Source: Octopus bimaculoides
Lineage: Eukaryota
NCBI RefSeq assembly: GCF_001194135.2
Contig: NC_068994.1
Coordinates: 47,313,369-47,377,368, forward strand
DNA: 64,000 bases
Reading direction: 5' to 3'
Position numbers and translations under genes: made by a program. Numbering within the stretch: the stretch's first letter is position 1; every line of letters begins with the position of its first letter. Below are positions 1-12,854 of this stretch, one piece after another. The notes beneath the pieces were generated by a model. That model did not search any database and was not told where the DNA came from. It saw only the letters and a program-made list of their open reading frames with translations.

Positions 1-42
<42 letters not shown>

Positions 43-400
43 TATGTGTACATACATGTAGATCTATGTGTATATATATATATATATATGTACATGTAGA
101 TATATATATATATATATATGGATTTATATATATATGTATATATAAATATATGTATGCAGATGCATGTAGATTTATGTATGTATATATGTATCTACTTTTA
201 GATTTATATATATAAATGGGTGTAAATTTATATATATACATATATATATATGTGTGTGTATATATATATATATTTATGCATTTATGTATATGTCCATTAT
301 GTATATATATGTATGTGTATATACTTATGTATGTGTATGTGTGTGTGTTTGTGTGTGCATATGTATGTATGGGTACATGTATGTGTATATATGCATTTCT
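1..400. repeat. (TA)n / (TATG)n / (TG)n compound microsatellite
   Basis: Seen directly. Many more occur throughout, e.g. 4036-4090 (CA)n, 7845-7910 (TA)n, 17172-17223 (CA)n, 25379-25440 (TG)n, 33750-33832 (TA)n. Confidence 0.95.
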
Positions 401-972
401 TTTGCTAATGTCCTTGATGAACAGTATAGCAGTAGTACCACAGCGTCCTCTTTCCTGCTCATTTCTTCGCATAAACTTCAAAGGACTTGTATGTTTGTTA
501 TGATTGGTTGTATGCGTAAATACTTTTCCCATCTTAGCACCATCTTAAAACGAATACTTAAAGACTCAGTAGTTACAATATAATTAAATTCTGAATTTTA
601 CATTTGTACTTTTTCTTTTTTTTTGAAATTTATTTTTGCATTTAAATGTATATTTCAAGAGGGTGTGGTATGTGTGATGTGTGTGCATGGTTGTGGGTAT
701 TATAAAAAAATGTCAGTTCTCTCCCACCTCCACCTTCCCGTTCTCGCTCTCTCAATCTCGAAATCAAGATTATCATTAAATAATGGTAACTGGCTAATTT
801 ATGGATATTGCAATATATGTAATATATGTAACAAGGCTTTAACACTTAGCTTGTTGTTACAGATATTGAAACAGCATGTTGCTTCTGTCATTCCCTCTCT
901 CTCTCTCTCTCTCTCCCTATATAACATGGTGGCATGATACTAGCAATATCATTATTGTTCTTAATTAAAATG

Positions 973-1985
973 TAAGGCGGTGGCTGGCAGAATCAGTTGA
1001 GCTGCAGACAAAAATGCCTTGCAGTATTTAGCTATGTTCCTTTACATTTCAATATTGAAATCCCGCTAGGGTCAACCTCTACCGATTGTTATTCTGAGTG
1101 GTTGATAGAATAAGTACAAGGTAGGTAATTTAATCAACCTTAATCCTCACTCTCATCTAAAATATGTGTGACCTTGTTACTGTATTATAAATTATTATTA
1201 GTTCTATTGTGTTGTTGAATTCTCTTATATGACAACATTTCTGATAATAATTCAGGTTTATTAATTCCATGCTACAAATGAATAAATTCTGTTATAAAGA
1301 ATACAAAAATAATGTAACAGAGAGGTATCAACTGTCTTTATAGTCTCATTTAGGGTTTGAGACACAGTTAATAGAAATGTGAGCTTTGCTCTGCTCTGCT
1401 CTTATCCATCCAAGGTGTGGGTGTCAAATATGCCCCAGTAAATTGCTGGAGTCATTAATATCAGCTGTACCTTCTTCAACAATTTAAAGCTTTGGATTTG
1501 TTTGAAATCAATATTTTGCAGAGTGGTTGAAGCATTGGGGATTCATTCTTGCTCTTGAAGTATTAAGTTCAAATCCCACTGAGGTTCATTTTGCTTTCGG
1601 CTCTCTAGGACTGATAAAGTAGCAGTCAAATATTGAGGGAATGGAGGAGATCTAATTGACAAACCTTCTCCCTCAAAATTGCTGGCCTTGTGCATAAATT
1701 ATAAATCATGGTGGTGGTGGTTTTGGTGGTGGTGGTGGTGGTGGTGGTGGTGGAGTGGGGTGGTTTGGCAGAATCATTAGAGTGTCAGAAAATATACCTT
1801 GTGGTATTTATTCCTATGCCTTGTGACATTTATTTCAGCTCTTTACATTCTTAGTTCAGATCTTACTGAAGTTAACTTTGTCATTCATCCTTCTGTGGTT
1901 GATAAAATAAAGTACCAGTCATGTACTGGGGTTGATGTAATTGACTAACCCCACTCCCCTTTGTGCCAAAATCAGAAACAGTTAT
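973..1985 (+). mobile_element. Cluster of three degraded copies of tRNA-derived SINE family B
   Basis: Recurring modules ggcagaatc..., B-box-like gttcaaatcc/gttcagatct, gaggtcaactttg...tcatcctt...aataagtaccagt...actgggg at about 973-1200, 1575-1710 and 1760-1985. Confidence 0.75.
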
Positions 1986-2279
1986 TATANNNNNNNNNNT
2001 CTCATCAATGGCATCTTTTTATTTTCTACTAGCCCTTCATTAAACTACTGGTTGAGCACTTGGTAGCTTCAAGAAAAAAAAAATCAATGATTTGAAAACA
2101 ATTTTTTTTTCTCCTGAAATTGAAAGCTGTTTTGCAGATGAGAAGTGTTAACTCCCTCCCTCCACCTGAACTATAAGAAACAAACACAGGAGGGAAATAT
2201 ATGAAGCAAGCACTCGAACGCTATGTGCTAGTTGAATGCATATTATCTGGTAAATACTGTCGGTGTCATCTGTTGTTTA

Positions 2280-2750
2280 GCTTTGATTCAAAGACATATG
2301 ATCAAAGGCATTTCATCCATGACCACCCTGTTTATTATTAAGATACACTCAATATAAACCACATTATCCAGTGTGTTTTTTGTTTGTTTGTTTGTTAGAC
2401 AGCTAAATGTGATTTGAAGGAGATTTGGCTGTTGTTTCTTGCAGGTCAAATGACCATGTAGATGCCTCCTTGCAAGTTTGTATCATTTCTAGTGTATTTA
2501 TTGTAATGGTTCAATACAGATGGAAGGTACTGTTTATAAGTTTGGTTAGCCTGCAAGATAGGTCTCTGAGTGGTTGTCTGACCTGCTGGAAACAACAGGA
2601 AACCTCTTTCAAATCAAATTTTACCATCTCAAAAATGGAAGTACACAATATATAATGTCCTTGATTCATCATATCTGAATAAAATATGGATAGCCATGGC
2701 TGGAAGACCTTTGAAGATATGCCTGTGAGACCCAACCAGAACAACAACAA
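2280..2750. mobile_element. Two oppositely oriented copies of interspersed repeat family C
   Basis: tgatcaaaggcatt...catgaccac...gatttgaaggagatttggctgttgtttcttgcagg on + (2280-2490), with a reverse-complement-like copy at 2545-2750. The family recurs at about 18040-18230, 24395-24580, 25790-25985, 27480-27560, 27900-28040, 43265-43445 and 59900-60060. Confidence 0.65.
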
Positions 2751-3139
2751 CTATAATGGTTACTTTGAGTGGTTCAAATGGATGACAATCTTCATTTGCA
2801 ATGTTGTAACAAATGACACAAAAAAACATTTGCTTTTTCTACAATGAAAGGTCCAGCTACAATTAAAAGAAGTCTATGGAAGGAGATTAATGGATATTAT
2901 TTGAAGTACCATCAAGAAAATTTTTAGACCCATGTTATGGTACTAAATACTTTTACTACTTTTATTAATGGCAAAAAAAAAAAGTAAGTGCTTTTGTGGT
3001 GTTTGTGCATGTCTCAAAGTGACACGAGTTAGTTGAATTGGCTTCGGTCAAGAATCAAACGACTGCGTCTTCTAGGTCAATTTCTGTATGTGGTGTGGCG
3101 TGGTGTGTGCGTGCATCCATATTTGTTAAAGTTGTAATG

Positions 3140-3378
3140 TCTCTCTTGAGCCGAAAGGCTCATTTGGCTGGAACTCATCCCACGTTCCATAGCGTATAAT
3201 TTATTGCGAATACAAAATTAACCCCTGAATGAAACAGCAATCAATTGCAGGGTTAACCCACAGTTGGACTGGAGTAATATGAACTGAAGTGCTTAGCTTA
3301 AGGATATAATGTACCACTCAGACTCCGAATCAAAAGTATGATCGTGTGATTGTGAGTCTAAAACTCTTATCACCAAGC
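3140..3378 (-). mobile_element. Degraded tRNA-derived SINE (family D-like)
   Basis: The reverse complement gives an A-box-like head (ggcttggtgataagag), a B-box-like element and a body resembling 28600-28945. Confidence 0.5.
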
Positions 3379-4033
3379 CTTTACTGTATATGTGTTTGTG
3401 CATGTACATAAACTTCTGAATTCTGATATAATGACTCTGTGTGTGTGTGTGTGTGGATGTGTATCATGATATGCATGTGTTATATATTGCAATGTATAAT
3501 GAGTTTATGTGTCTGTATATTAGGGAGGATTACATTTACCAGTGTGAAAAATGCTTCTCTTATCATGGCCCCATCATAGAACATGGAACTGATGATATTT
3601 AAATATATTTGTTGCAGTCGTTTTCTTCTCAGTTTTCTCTGCCACCAAGAAGCACATTTCATGGATTACATCATTGATGTATATAGTGATAGCCATGTAG
3701 TTATATCTATCTCTTGTTGCTCTCTTTGCATTATATATATATATATATATAAAGTAAACACAAATGGCATTTACTTTTTATACCTATGCCGCACTGAGGA
3801 CCCACCTCTGAGTTGGATCTATGGTTTAAACTGGATTTGGCATATGCGTATCTACTGTATCCAACCAGCGCTTGATGTCTTCAATGTTGTTTAACTCACT
3901 ATGTTATCATACCTAGCCATTTCTGGCATCCTACGAATTCATGTGCCTTGATTATTAAAAATCCTTATAACAAAATTATATGTATGTGTACTGTAGCAGG
4001 ATAAGTAGAAAGTTAACCTAATATTTCTATATG

Positions 4034-4090
<57 letters not shown>

Positions 4091-4151
4091 AAGAAATGGT
4101 CCTCTGTCCTTTTGGATCTTGTTGAACCAGCTTGGAAAGCTGACGTGAAGT

Positions 4152-4189
<38 letters not shown>

Positions 4190-4361
4190 AATATAGCATT
4201 TTTCTTATTGCCAAATAAAAGTTCATCAAAATATTTCCCTGTCATTTATGACTTTGTATATATATATATATATATATCCGTATTCCCAAGCGTCATACTA
4301 ATATATACTTTTGTTATTTACACCACCTGTCCTCGTCTGTTGTTATTATTTGTATATTCTC

Positions 4362-4397
<36 letters not shown>

Positions 4398-5255
4398 TAA
4401 GAAATACAGAAATAATTACAGTGGGTGTGCGTTTGTATCACACAAAATAGGAAATGAATGCACACACATACACATATGAGTTGTAGATAATATATATATA
4501 TACATGTAGGTGTATGTGTGTGTGTGTGTGTGTATATATATGTATAATGTCTGTGCCGTTATGTATGATGCATATGTGTGTGAGTATATGTATGTGTATA
4601 TATGTGTGTACATGTGTATGTAAATGTACATAACATTTATGCTACTGCAGCATTGCATATGCTATATTTTACGTACAGTGTCATTTGACTGTGCCTAATG
4701 TTCACATGATCAGTGTTATTTAACAATGCAATGAGATCAATTTGGGGGATGATTGCTTATTCAGTTCAATAAAGCTTCTGGACATACAGAACCTCTTGCA
4801 GGTACAGCATTACTGTGAGATTGCTTTACTGAATTTGAATAAGTGCCTCACCAGACTTATTATAATGTTAAGATGTTATTTGGCTCGCTAAACTGAATAA
4901 CGGAAAATTAATATTATGCAAATGCCAAGTAATAATGGTTGGAATTGACTGAAAATATAATGTTCATACTTAAGAAAGACTGGGGGGGGAAAAAAAAAAA
5001 GGAGGTATCTATTTAAGTATCTATAGAAGAACTTGATAGGACATACCAAACTGCTTACAACTTCCTAAGATAGACTATCTTCAAGTGAATGATATGATCG
5101 TGCACATGATGTAAGTCAATTCGTCTTGGGTATTTTGACTACTCCTATAAATGAAAACAAAAACACGAAAACAGAAAAAAAAAATCAACAGTCGACAACA
5201 GTCTAATTTCTTTATCCAGAGGAAATTGAACTTGATTACTAGGTCTGTTACATGA

Positions 5256-5273
5256 ATGTACATGATTGGGTCC

Positions 5274-5309
<36 letters not shown>

Positions 5310-5370
5310 ATATCAGTTTTCCTTGCTGGCATGGGTTGGATAGTTTAACAGGAGCTGGCAAGGTCAGGAG
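5256..5370 (-). mobile_element. 3' end of RTE-tailed element with (GAT)n tail
   Basis: (cat)n followed by tttccttgctggcatgggttgga, the reverse complement of the tail at 13520-13582 and 44465-44537. Confidence 0.7.
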
Positions 5371-7836
5371 TCACACCAGGTTCCATAGTCTTTTGTTTCT
5401 CTTTCTCTCTCTCTCTCTCTCCATATATATATATATTTTATTATTAAACCTCAAAAACATCACCAAAAAAACTGCTAGTCAGAGTTTCATGTTCCCGTAC
5501 GTTGGACAGTTGTGATTCACACACACACACACACACACACATACACACACACACACACACATATAAACAGATATCCCCCCCACACATTTACATGTTAAGT
5601 AACATGAACTATAGATCTTCCACAGCGGTCACTAATAGTTTCTTGCCATAGTAGCAAATCATTTGACCACACTGTTTATTAAACCATATTTTGATAGATA
5701 CACTCACTCCCTGTTTAGGTGCATGACTGTTAGGTTGTAGAAATTAATTCTATCCCTTTGACAGGACAATTAATTTCACATGTTAATAATAGAAATTTTT
5801 TTAAAAATGACAAAATAGAAATAAGCTGAGAGAGATCTCATGTCACTGTTTTTGATCTTGCCTATATTATCATTGTCATTTTATAATGTTCACAGTGAGC
5901 AACAGTCATGTGACTTATGCATATAATATCCACAATTTGTTTTTTATTTACAAGGAAAATGTTGACAGTGACTTTCAAGCTTTGGCACACCAGTTATAGT
6001 CAGATGCACCTAAAAACTATATTGAGTGATCCTTCAGTTTAATGTGAAATTGTATTTATATATATATTTTTATTTCTCATACAAAACAAATGAAAACATA
6101 CATACATACATGCGTATTCTTTGGTAAGCAACACAAACATACATAATTTAGTCAATAGTAATGTGTGTGTATGTGTGTTAGTGTAGTTAAGGCCATGCTA
6201 GAGCATCACTGCTGTTTATCTGTTGAATGAAATCGATAAACATGTAGGTGTATGCGTACACTTTGAGTACGTTAAATTTATGTCGCAATAGATAGGTACG
6301 TTCTATTGAATAATTGTTTGTGTATAGTTCATATTGAATATGTATACATACTTCATTGAACAGTAATATGTATTTATTTATTTTAAAATGTATATATGTA
6401 CAGATGTGTAAGTATGTCTATGTGCTTATATATATATATATNNNNNNNNNNNNNNNNNNNNNNNNNNNNNNNNNNNNNNNNNNNNNNNNNNNNNNNNNNN
6501 NNNNNNNNNNNNNNNNNNNNNNNNNNNNNNNNNNNNNNNNNNNNNNNNNNNNNNNNNNNNNNNNNNNNNNNNNNNNNNNNNNNNNNNNNNNNNNNNNNNN
6601 NNNNNNNNNNNNNNNNNNNNNNNNNNNNNNNNNNNNNNNNNNNNNNNNNNNNNNNNNNNNNNNNNNNNNNNNNNNNNNNNNNNNNAAAAATAGATATAAA
6701 CAAAACTTGTTTTTCATTCATTTATTTTTCAATTTTAGGCACAGATTTTTCATTGCAAATATTGTAATCCTCTTTCATGTTTGAATTTTGTTGCTAAATA
6801 TTCTTTCAAGAGATCAGATTCAACTGTAAGTTGGTCAGATGGTTCAATACACACCCTGGCATAATAAAAAGTGTATTGGGTATTTTTGTAAGTTTATTTT
6901 GAGTACAAAATTTTCAGGATCCTCATTAGGGGTCCATAAATGTTTATTTTCTCTTGTATTTTTCATACTAATTAACATCAAAAACATAGGTGACATCTAC
7001 AACAGGATATATTTATATTTTGTGATCTCAAATAACAATATCAGATTAGTTGTCTTTTCATTTGTTTGTGATGTTTTTTTCTTCTTAAAATTCACCAATA
7101 TCCTTTTGATCCATCCAATAAAGATGAACAATCTGTGATGTCTATGATGCATGCATGTATATGTATGATCCAGGATCAGCCATTATGTGGTCAGTTGGGT
7201 TTGTACACACTTTGTCATGACAATGATAATAGGCATAAAGCTGTAAGTGTTTTGGGATATTAGATTTGTAAGAGAATTCCCTCCATTATTGGTCTGTAGA
7301 TACCGTCATTCTTCTGTACTTTTCATACCACATTGATGCCAGGAACATGTATCCTACACATGCACATTATGTAGCATACATGTTTTCATAAGTTATGCAT
7401 GTGTACATGTAGGATAAATGTACATGTATGTGCACATGTGTTATGTGTCTGAGTGCATGTTAGATGTGTATATTTGTATGTCTAACTATAGAGCACCTGT
7501 GTATATGTATGATACATGTATGTGATATGTGTATATCTCTTATCAAAGCCTCATCATAGAGATAGGAGGTGGTGATATCAAACAGATTTGTTGCAAGTAT
7601 AATTTGATGCAATCTATCTGATAAAGATGGCACTTGATGGGGTGGGATGAGGGTGGTCTCTTGCTCTTAGATGCATAGAGGTAACTTCCAAAATGAGATG
7701 CTATGAATTTGTTGGAACTCCATGCTGAACTTTTACTATGGTTTATTACTGCTATGATATTTGTACAACCTTCTCAGTGAACTGGTCTATTTAATGATGT
7801 AGTATATATGTCTATATGCATTTATGTATATAATGC

Positions 7837-7918
<82 letters not shown>

Positions 7919-8067
7919 CACTCAAGAAAATTACCACAGCAAATTTTATATTCAATGATGAGGTCTTGAGAACAAAAACACAACGCATCAAACATGCATG
8001 TATCCTACATGTATACATACAAACATGCAACACACATCCATATATACATGCAAAATAGCATATGAAA

Positions 8068-8102
<35 letters not shown>

Positions 8103-9636
8103 TATATATACTCTACAAACGTTATTTTTACATTTTTATATCGGTGTTCATACAAGTACCTGTACATGCATGTATGTGTATATGCACAAACAAATACATA
8201 TTCACACATACACACACACACAAGGAATTCAGTTTTATTTGGAGTCTTAGTTCAAGCCAATATTGTATTGCTTTTAGAGATGTATGACTGTCACAACTGA
8301 ATGTCACAACAATACCTTTTCCTATTATTACTTATAGTATTAATGTTAGCATTGTTATGTAGGTCTTAAGATTTGCTTAATATACATTTCTGGTAATAAT
8401 GTCCAGTAATTCTCCTTCCCTGGACTTCTTTTGATTGCAGTTATGCTTTCGATTGTAGAAACAAGATATTTCTTTTTTCCAACCTGAGAAAATGTATTAT
8501 ATTCCCCAAATTTATAGTGTAAGTCAGCAGCTGATGAAGGCTAAAGTATCTTCGGACCCTGAAGAAGAATCTTAATATTCAAGATACAGTTTTGGCAATG
8601 TTATATATATATGGTTCTAACGTGTGTACTCCTGGTGGTTCACCCACATAGGAGAGACAATCTCTTGTAAATTAAGGTACATAGAGGTGGGTTTGAAATT
8701 TACATCAAAAAGTAAAGAAAAATGTGTACAGAATATACACATTTAATAATTTTTTACTCTACATATTACAAAGACCTTAAAGCTCCTAGTCATTAATAGC
8801 TGTGTAAAGTACTATTTCATCCTTCTTTGAAATCATCTGCACTTCATAACTCAGAGCAAATAAATTAAGCTAATTATATATGTGAGATCACCATAAAAGA
8901 TCATTCATAGTTTGTGAGGTTTAGTGTTTGCAGTGACTTTGCCTTACTTGAGCTTATTTTATCTATGATGTTTTTCCAAGGATTTAGAGTATATTTTCCA
9001 AAGATTCATCCCACACCCAGACTATATTTTATATGTGTAAATATATACTTTGGTAAAAGGGAATATTTTAGTTTCCATGCTGTGTTTAGTGTAAAGAGAA
9101 CTTTTATCTGTTGTCAAATTGATATCAGTGTACAAATCAACTCACATATGAGGTAAGCAATGTTTTTATGCATATAGCTATTAGTTTCTCAGCAAAAAGG
9201 CTAGGTTGAGCAGAAACTACTGAAAGGATAACAAACCTAAAAACATTTTTAGTTATCTTTGTAACCATGGGTGTGTATACTCTTGAGAGTCATTCCAGAG
9301 CAAAGCTATAAATCTTTTTGAACAAACACATGGAGTCAGTGGGGGCTGTATTTGCAAATATTCATACTTACAAAATATCTTTATCAACAGAGTAAAAAGA
9401 ACTCAATACCTTAGCTAAGGTAAATTTATGTATTTCAGTTCAAGCAATGCTGTTTTGACACCCCCTTGTTATTCTCATCATCTTTTACAAAACACCCACC
9501 CACATACATTTATATATTACAACATGTTAATGTTGACAACCTTTCCATTACTTCAAGCTTTCGTACTGGAACAAACTGCTGACTTCAAACAATGGTGGAG
9601 TATCCATAATTTTGATTGTAAATAATTAGTAAGCTC

Positions 9637-9797
9637 CAAGGAATGTAGTTTGTTTCACAACTACATGGTTTCAGGTTCGATTCCACTGCATACCTTGGCT
9701 TATAGAAGACATCTTTGGATTGTGTCTTCTGTTATAGCCTCAAGGCACCCAAGGCCTTGTGGGCAAAATTTAGTTGATGGAAACTAAGTAGAAGCAC
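9637..9797 (+). mobile_element. SINE family A 5' half (tRNA head + CORE-like segment)
   Basis: ggttcgattccactgc...accttgg...gtgtcttctgttatagcctc...gatggaaact matches the family A copies at 22342, 54903 and 55745. Confidence 0.7.
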
Positions 9798-10255
9798 ATT
9801 GAGGGATTGTTCCTTTCTTGGATGGTAGTTATAAATCTATCATCTAGTTTAAGACCCTTGCACCTGGCTCTTGGCTTGTCTTTAGTAGATTCACTCTGAA
9901 ACATACATTCAGTATAGATCTCTTGTCTGAGAATAACTTACCTTCCTTCCTCCTTTTTACTTATGGAGGCCCTGAAAAGGGTTTTTCCTTCTCTGATTAA
10001 GTGATAAAAGAAAAATACTGCTCACTGACAAAAACTGTTGAATGTAACTCCAAGGCGTTTTTTAAGAATGTGCATGGCTGTTATGGTTAAGAAATTTAGT
10101 TCACAACTATAAAGTTACAACCACAAGGTATTTGCTTAAGATGTACAGCATCTTAGATAAAGAACTTGTGAACCTGTGCAGAAAACAAGATCCTGGCTTA
10201 TATATATATATTACAGAGATGTATTTGCATTACAAGTGACTGTGTGCTGAAACAA

Positions 10256-10534
10256 AAACAATTGCAGTGTGGAAAGTGTTTATAAGCCATTTAAAAATGC
10301 ACAAAAACCATTAGATTCACTTCAACATTTAAATTTAATTTGTCAAAATATTTTCATCACTTTGAGACCGCAACCTGTTCACTGAGATGCAGCACGGAAT
10401 TTTGTCAGTGAACAGGTGGCGGTCTCAAAGCGACGAAAATATTTTGACAAATTAAATTTAAAAGTTGAAGTGAATCTAACGGTTTTTGTGTGTTTTTAAA
10501 CGGCTTATAAACACCTTCCACGCTGCAATTGTTT
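10256..10534. mobile_element. Foldback/MITE-like palindromic element next to (TA)n
   Basis: ~130-bp inverted arms (10256-10385 and 10405-10534) with a 19-nt spacer. A solo arm occurs at 63435-63558. Confidence 0.85.
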
Positions 10535-11158
10535 ATATATATATATATATATNNNNNNNNNNNNNNNNNNNNNNNNNNNNNNNNNNNNNNNNNNNNNNNN
10601 NNNNNNNNNNNNNNNNNNNNNNNNNNNNNNNNNNNNNNNNNNNTATATATAATCACAAAGTTCAGGTTCAGTCCCACTGTGGAGTACCTTGAGCAAGTAT
10701 CTTTTAATATAGGCTCAGTCCAACTGAAGCTTTGTAAGTGGATTTGGTACAAGAAAACTGAGAGAGGTTCATTATTTTTATATATATATAGTTACAAATG
10801 AACATCACCATCATACAAGCAACAATTATATGTATGCATAAATTCATGTATATTTGTGTGTGTGAGTGTGCCTTCTTGTCTTGATACTATGTGCTAATAG
10901 TAAAGGAACATCACCATTATACAATTAGTGCCATTTGTTTTGCAAACTTCAGTGAAAACATGTCCAGCCATCAGCTGTTCATGTTTAAAAGGACAACAGG
11001 AAATATTACACAGCTTGGAAAGAGGCAATGGTTGGTGACAGGAAGCACATCAAACTGTAGAAAACCTGCTTCAATATACTCTGTCTGGCCTATGCAAGTA
11101 TGGAAAACTGAATATTAAAATGATGTATGTGTGTGTGCATGTAATACACACACACACA

Positions 11159-11206
<48 letters not shown>

Positions 11207-11467
11207 CCCATCTATCACATGGTATTTTTAGATCTAGTACTTATTCTAAACAGTTGGCTGAACCAAGGAAATTGCAGAATAGAGTGTTCTGTCCCAAAAC
11301 ATGCAAAATATACCACCAGCAGATTTGAATTGCCAACTTATGATGTTGTCAGTATCAAAGACACGTTTTAGAGAATGAGTAATTGGTCATAATCTGTTTT
11401 GGAAAATGATTAGGGCAGAAAGTTTACTAGTGAGATTAAGTTAAAATGCCATTAGGAAGAAGAAATA

Positions 11468-11503
11468 ATCTGATGTTTCAAGCAAGGGCCCTTCATTGGA
11501 GCC
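11468..11503 (-). ncRNA. Degenerate minimal hammerhead-ribozyme-like motif
   Basis: - strand: ct CCAATGA A GGGC cctt GCTT GAAA CAT C ag. Three CpG-type reversions give CCGATGA...GCTC GAAA CGT C. Confidence 0.35.
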
Positions 11504-12110
11504 TAAAATGTCAGATTTATTTTCTTCCCCACAACATACTTATTTCACTTTATGAACTCTATGTAGTACAATGAAATAGCTTCCTGTCTTGCCCACATCA
11601 CCATCTTACTTCTGCACAATTTTTTGCCTGTTGTTTCTTTCAAGAATCAGCTTTATCAGTCTTCTTTTGTTGATGGCATTAAACTTTAAGTAACTTGTCT
11701 TTGCAATACTACTGTAATCTATTGTCTTCACATTACCAAAGTGAATTTGATATGTGAATATATAACTGGACTGTTTAGCTTATAGGACCATGGTTATATT
11801 TTATCTTTCTGTCATACACAATGGATGGTAGAATTGGTTTTTAGGTTACATCTCTTGTCCTTCATACACTTACTTTGTCCTTGTTTCCGCTCCTCTGAAT
11901 TAGTTATCTACATGTCCTTTTCTGTTCGGGCTTGCTCCTCCTATTTGTCCTTCATTCTCTTGTAATTCCTATTAAGTTGCTCTTTCTCGGGTACCATATT
12001 AAACACTTCAACCACTCCTCCATTTCCAGGACTGCAACCTTCAGAAATTTATTCCTCACCCATATTTTTCCTGCAAGAATCAACCTATAGAATGTTCAAA
12101 CTAAACATGA
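11468..12110. mobile_element. Probable Penelope-like (GIY-YIG) retroelement remnant
   Basis: The + frame near 11720-11790 reads VIYCLHITKVNLICEYITG (like GIY-YIG NVIYC...YIGETG), and KHFNHSSIS occurs near 12001. A hammerhead-like motif lies on - at 11468-11503. Highly degraded. Confidence 0.4.
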
Positions 12111-12854
12111 ACCACATCAATCTCACCATCAATCTCACCAGCTCATAAATGTCATGGACACTGCCTCTCCTTCTTTGATCATCTTATTAAAAACAATATC
12201 TATATGCCATAGCTATGCTGTATTAGGTCAGAACCGGGGCATACACAGCAACAACAAAATGTTTATTTTAAACAACAGATTGCAGTTAACAATCTTTCCC
12301 GTGAAAAACCTCTCTGGTATGTTGAAAATTCTAATTAATTTCTCTTCTCTAAATTGCTGATGGAAATATTTCATTAAAACAGAAACAGTAGGGGTTTTAT
12401 TAACAATTGAGAGCACTGATACATTGTGTGTGTTGTTGTGCTGTCATTGTTTAACTCTTAGCTAAAACCTGATTGAGCTGGCTTATGATCAAAGATGTTC
12501 CAGCATGATTCCATGATTTTAGCCACCTTTTTGTTTTTTATATTTGTTTGAAGTCTCACATCATTTTTTTTTTTTTTAGGAGTATGTAAGACTGCATGAG
12601 TGTCCTTTCCATATCTAACATGATACAATGTGATTAGTGAGAAATTTAGTCACTATTTCATTTAGAGCCACATAAATGTTCCCTTGTATGGTGTGAATAT
12701 AGATATTGTATGGTATTGTATGTTGTGTGGTGCAGTGTGTTGTATTATGTGATGTGTGTATGTGGAGTGTCTGNNNNNNNNNNGTATTGTATGTTGTGTG
12801 GTGCAGTGTGTTGTATTATGTGATGTGTGTATGTGGAGTGTCTGCTCACATGAA

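Noticed and set aside
8531-8565. CTGATGAAGG...CCCTGAAG hammerhead-like string
   Set aside because: It has GAAG rather than GAAA, and no stem III or stem I.
4765-9154. Several + strand AG..GTAAG microexon-like intervals (e.g. 6811-6825, 7174-7242, 9131-9154)
   Set aside because: Acceptors are weak, no recognisable peptide results, and such intervals are expected by chance in AT-rich DNA.
12713-12844. Exact 61-bp tandem duplication
   Set aside because: It straddles a 10-N gap, which is typical of overlapping contig ends.
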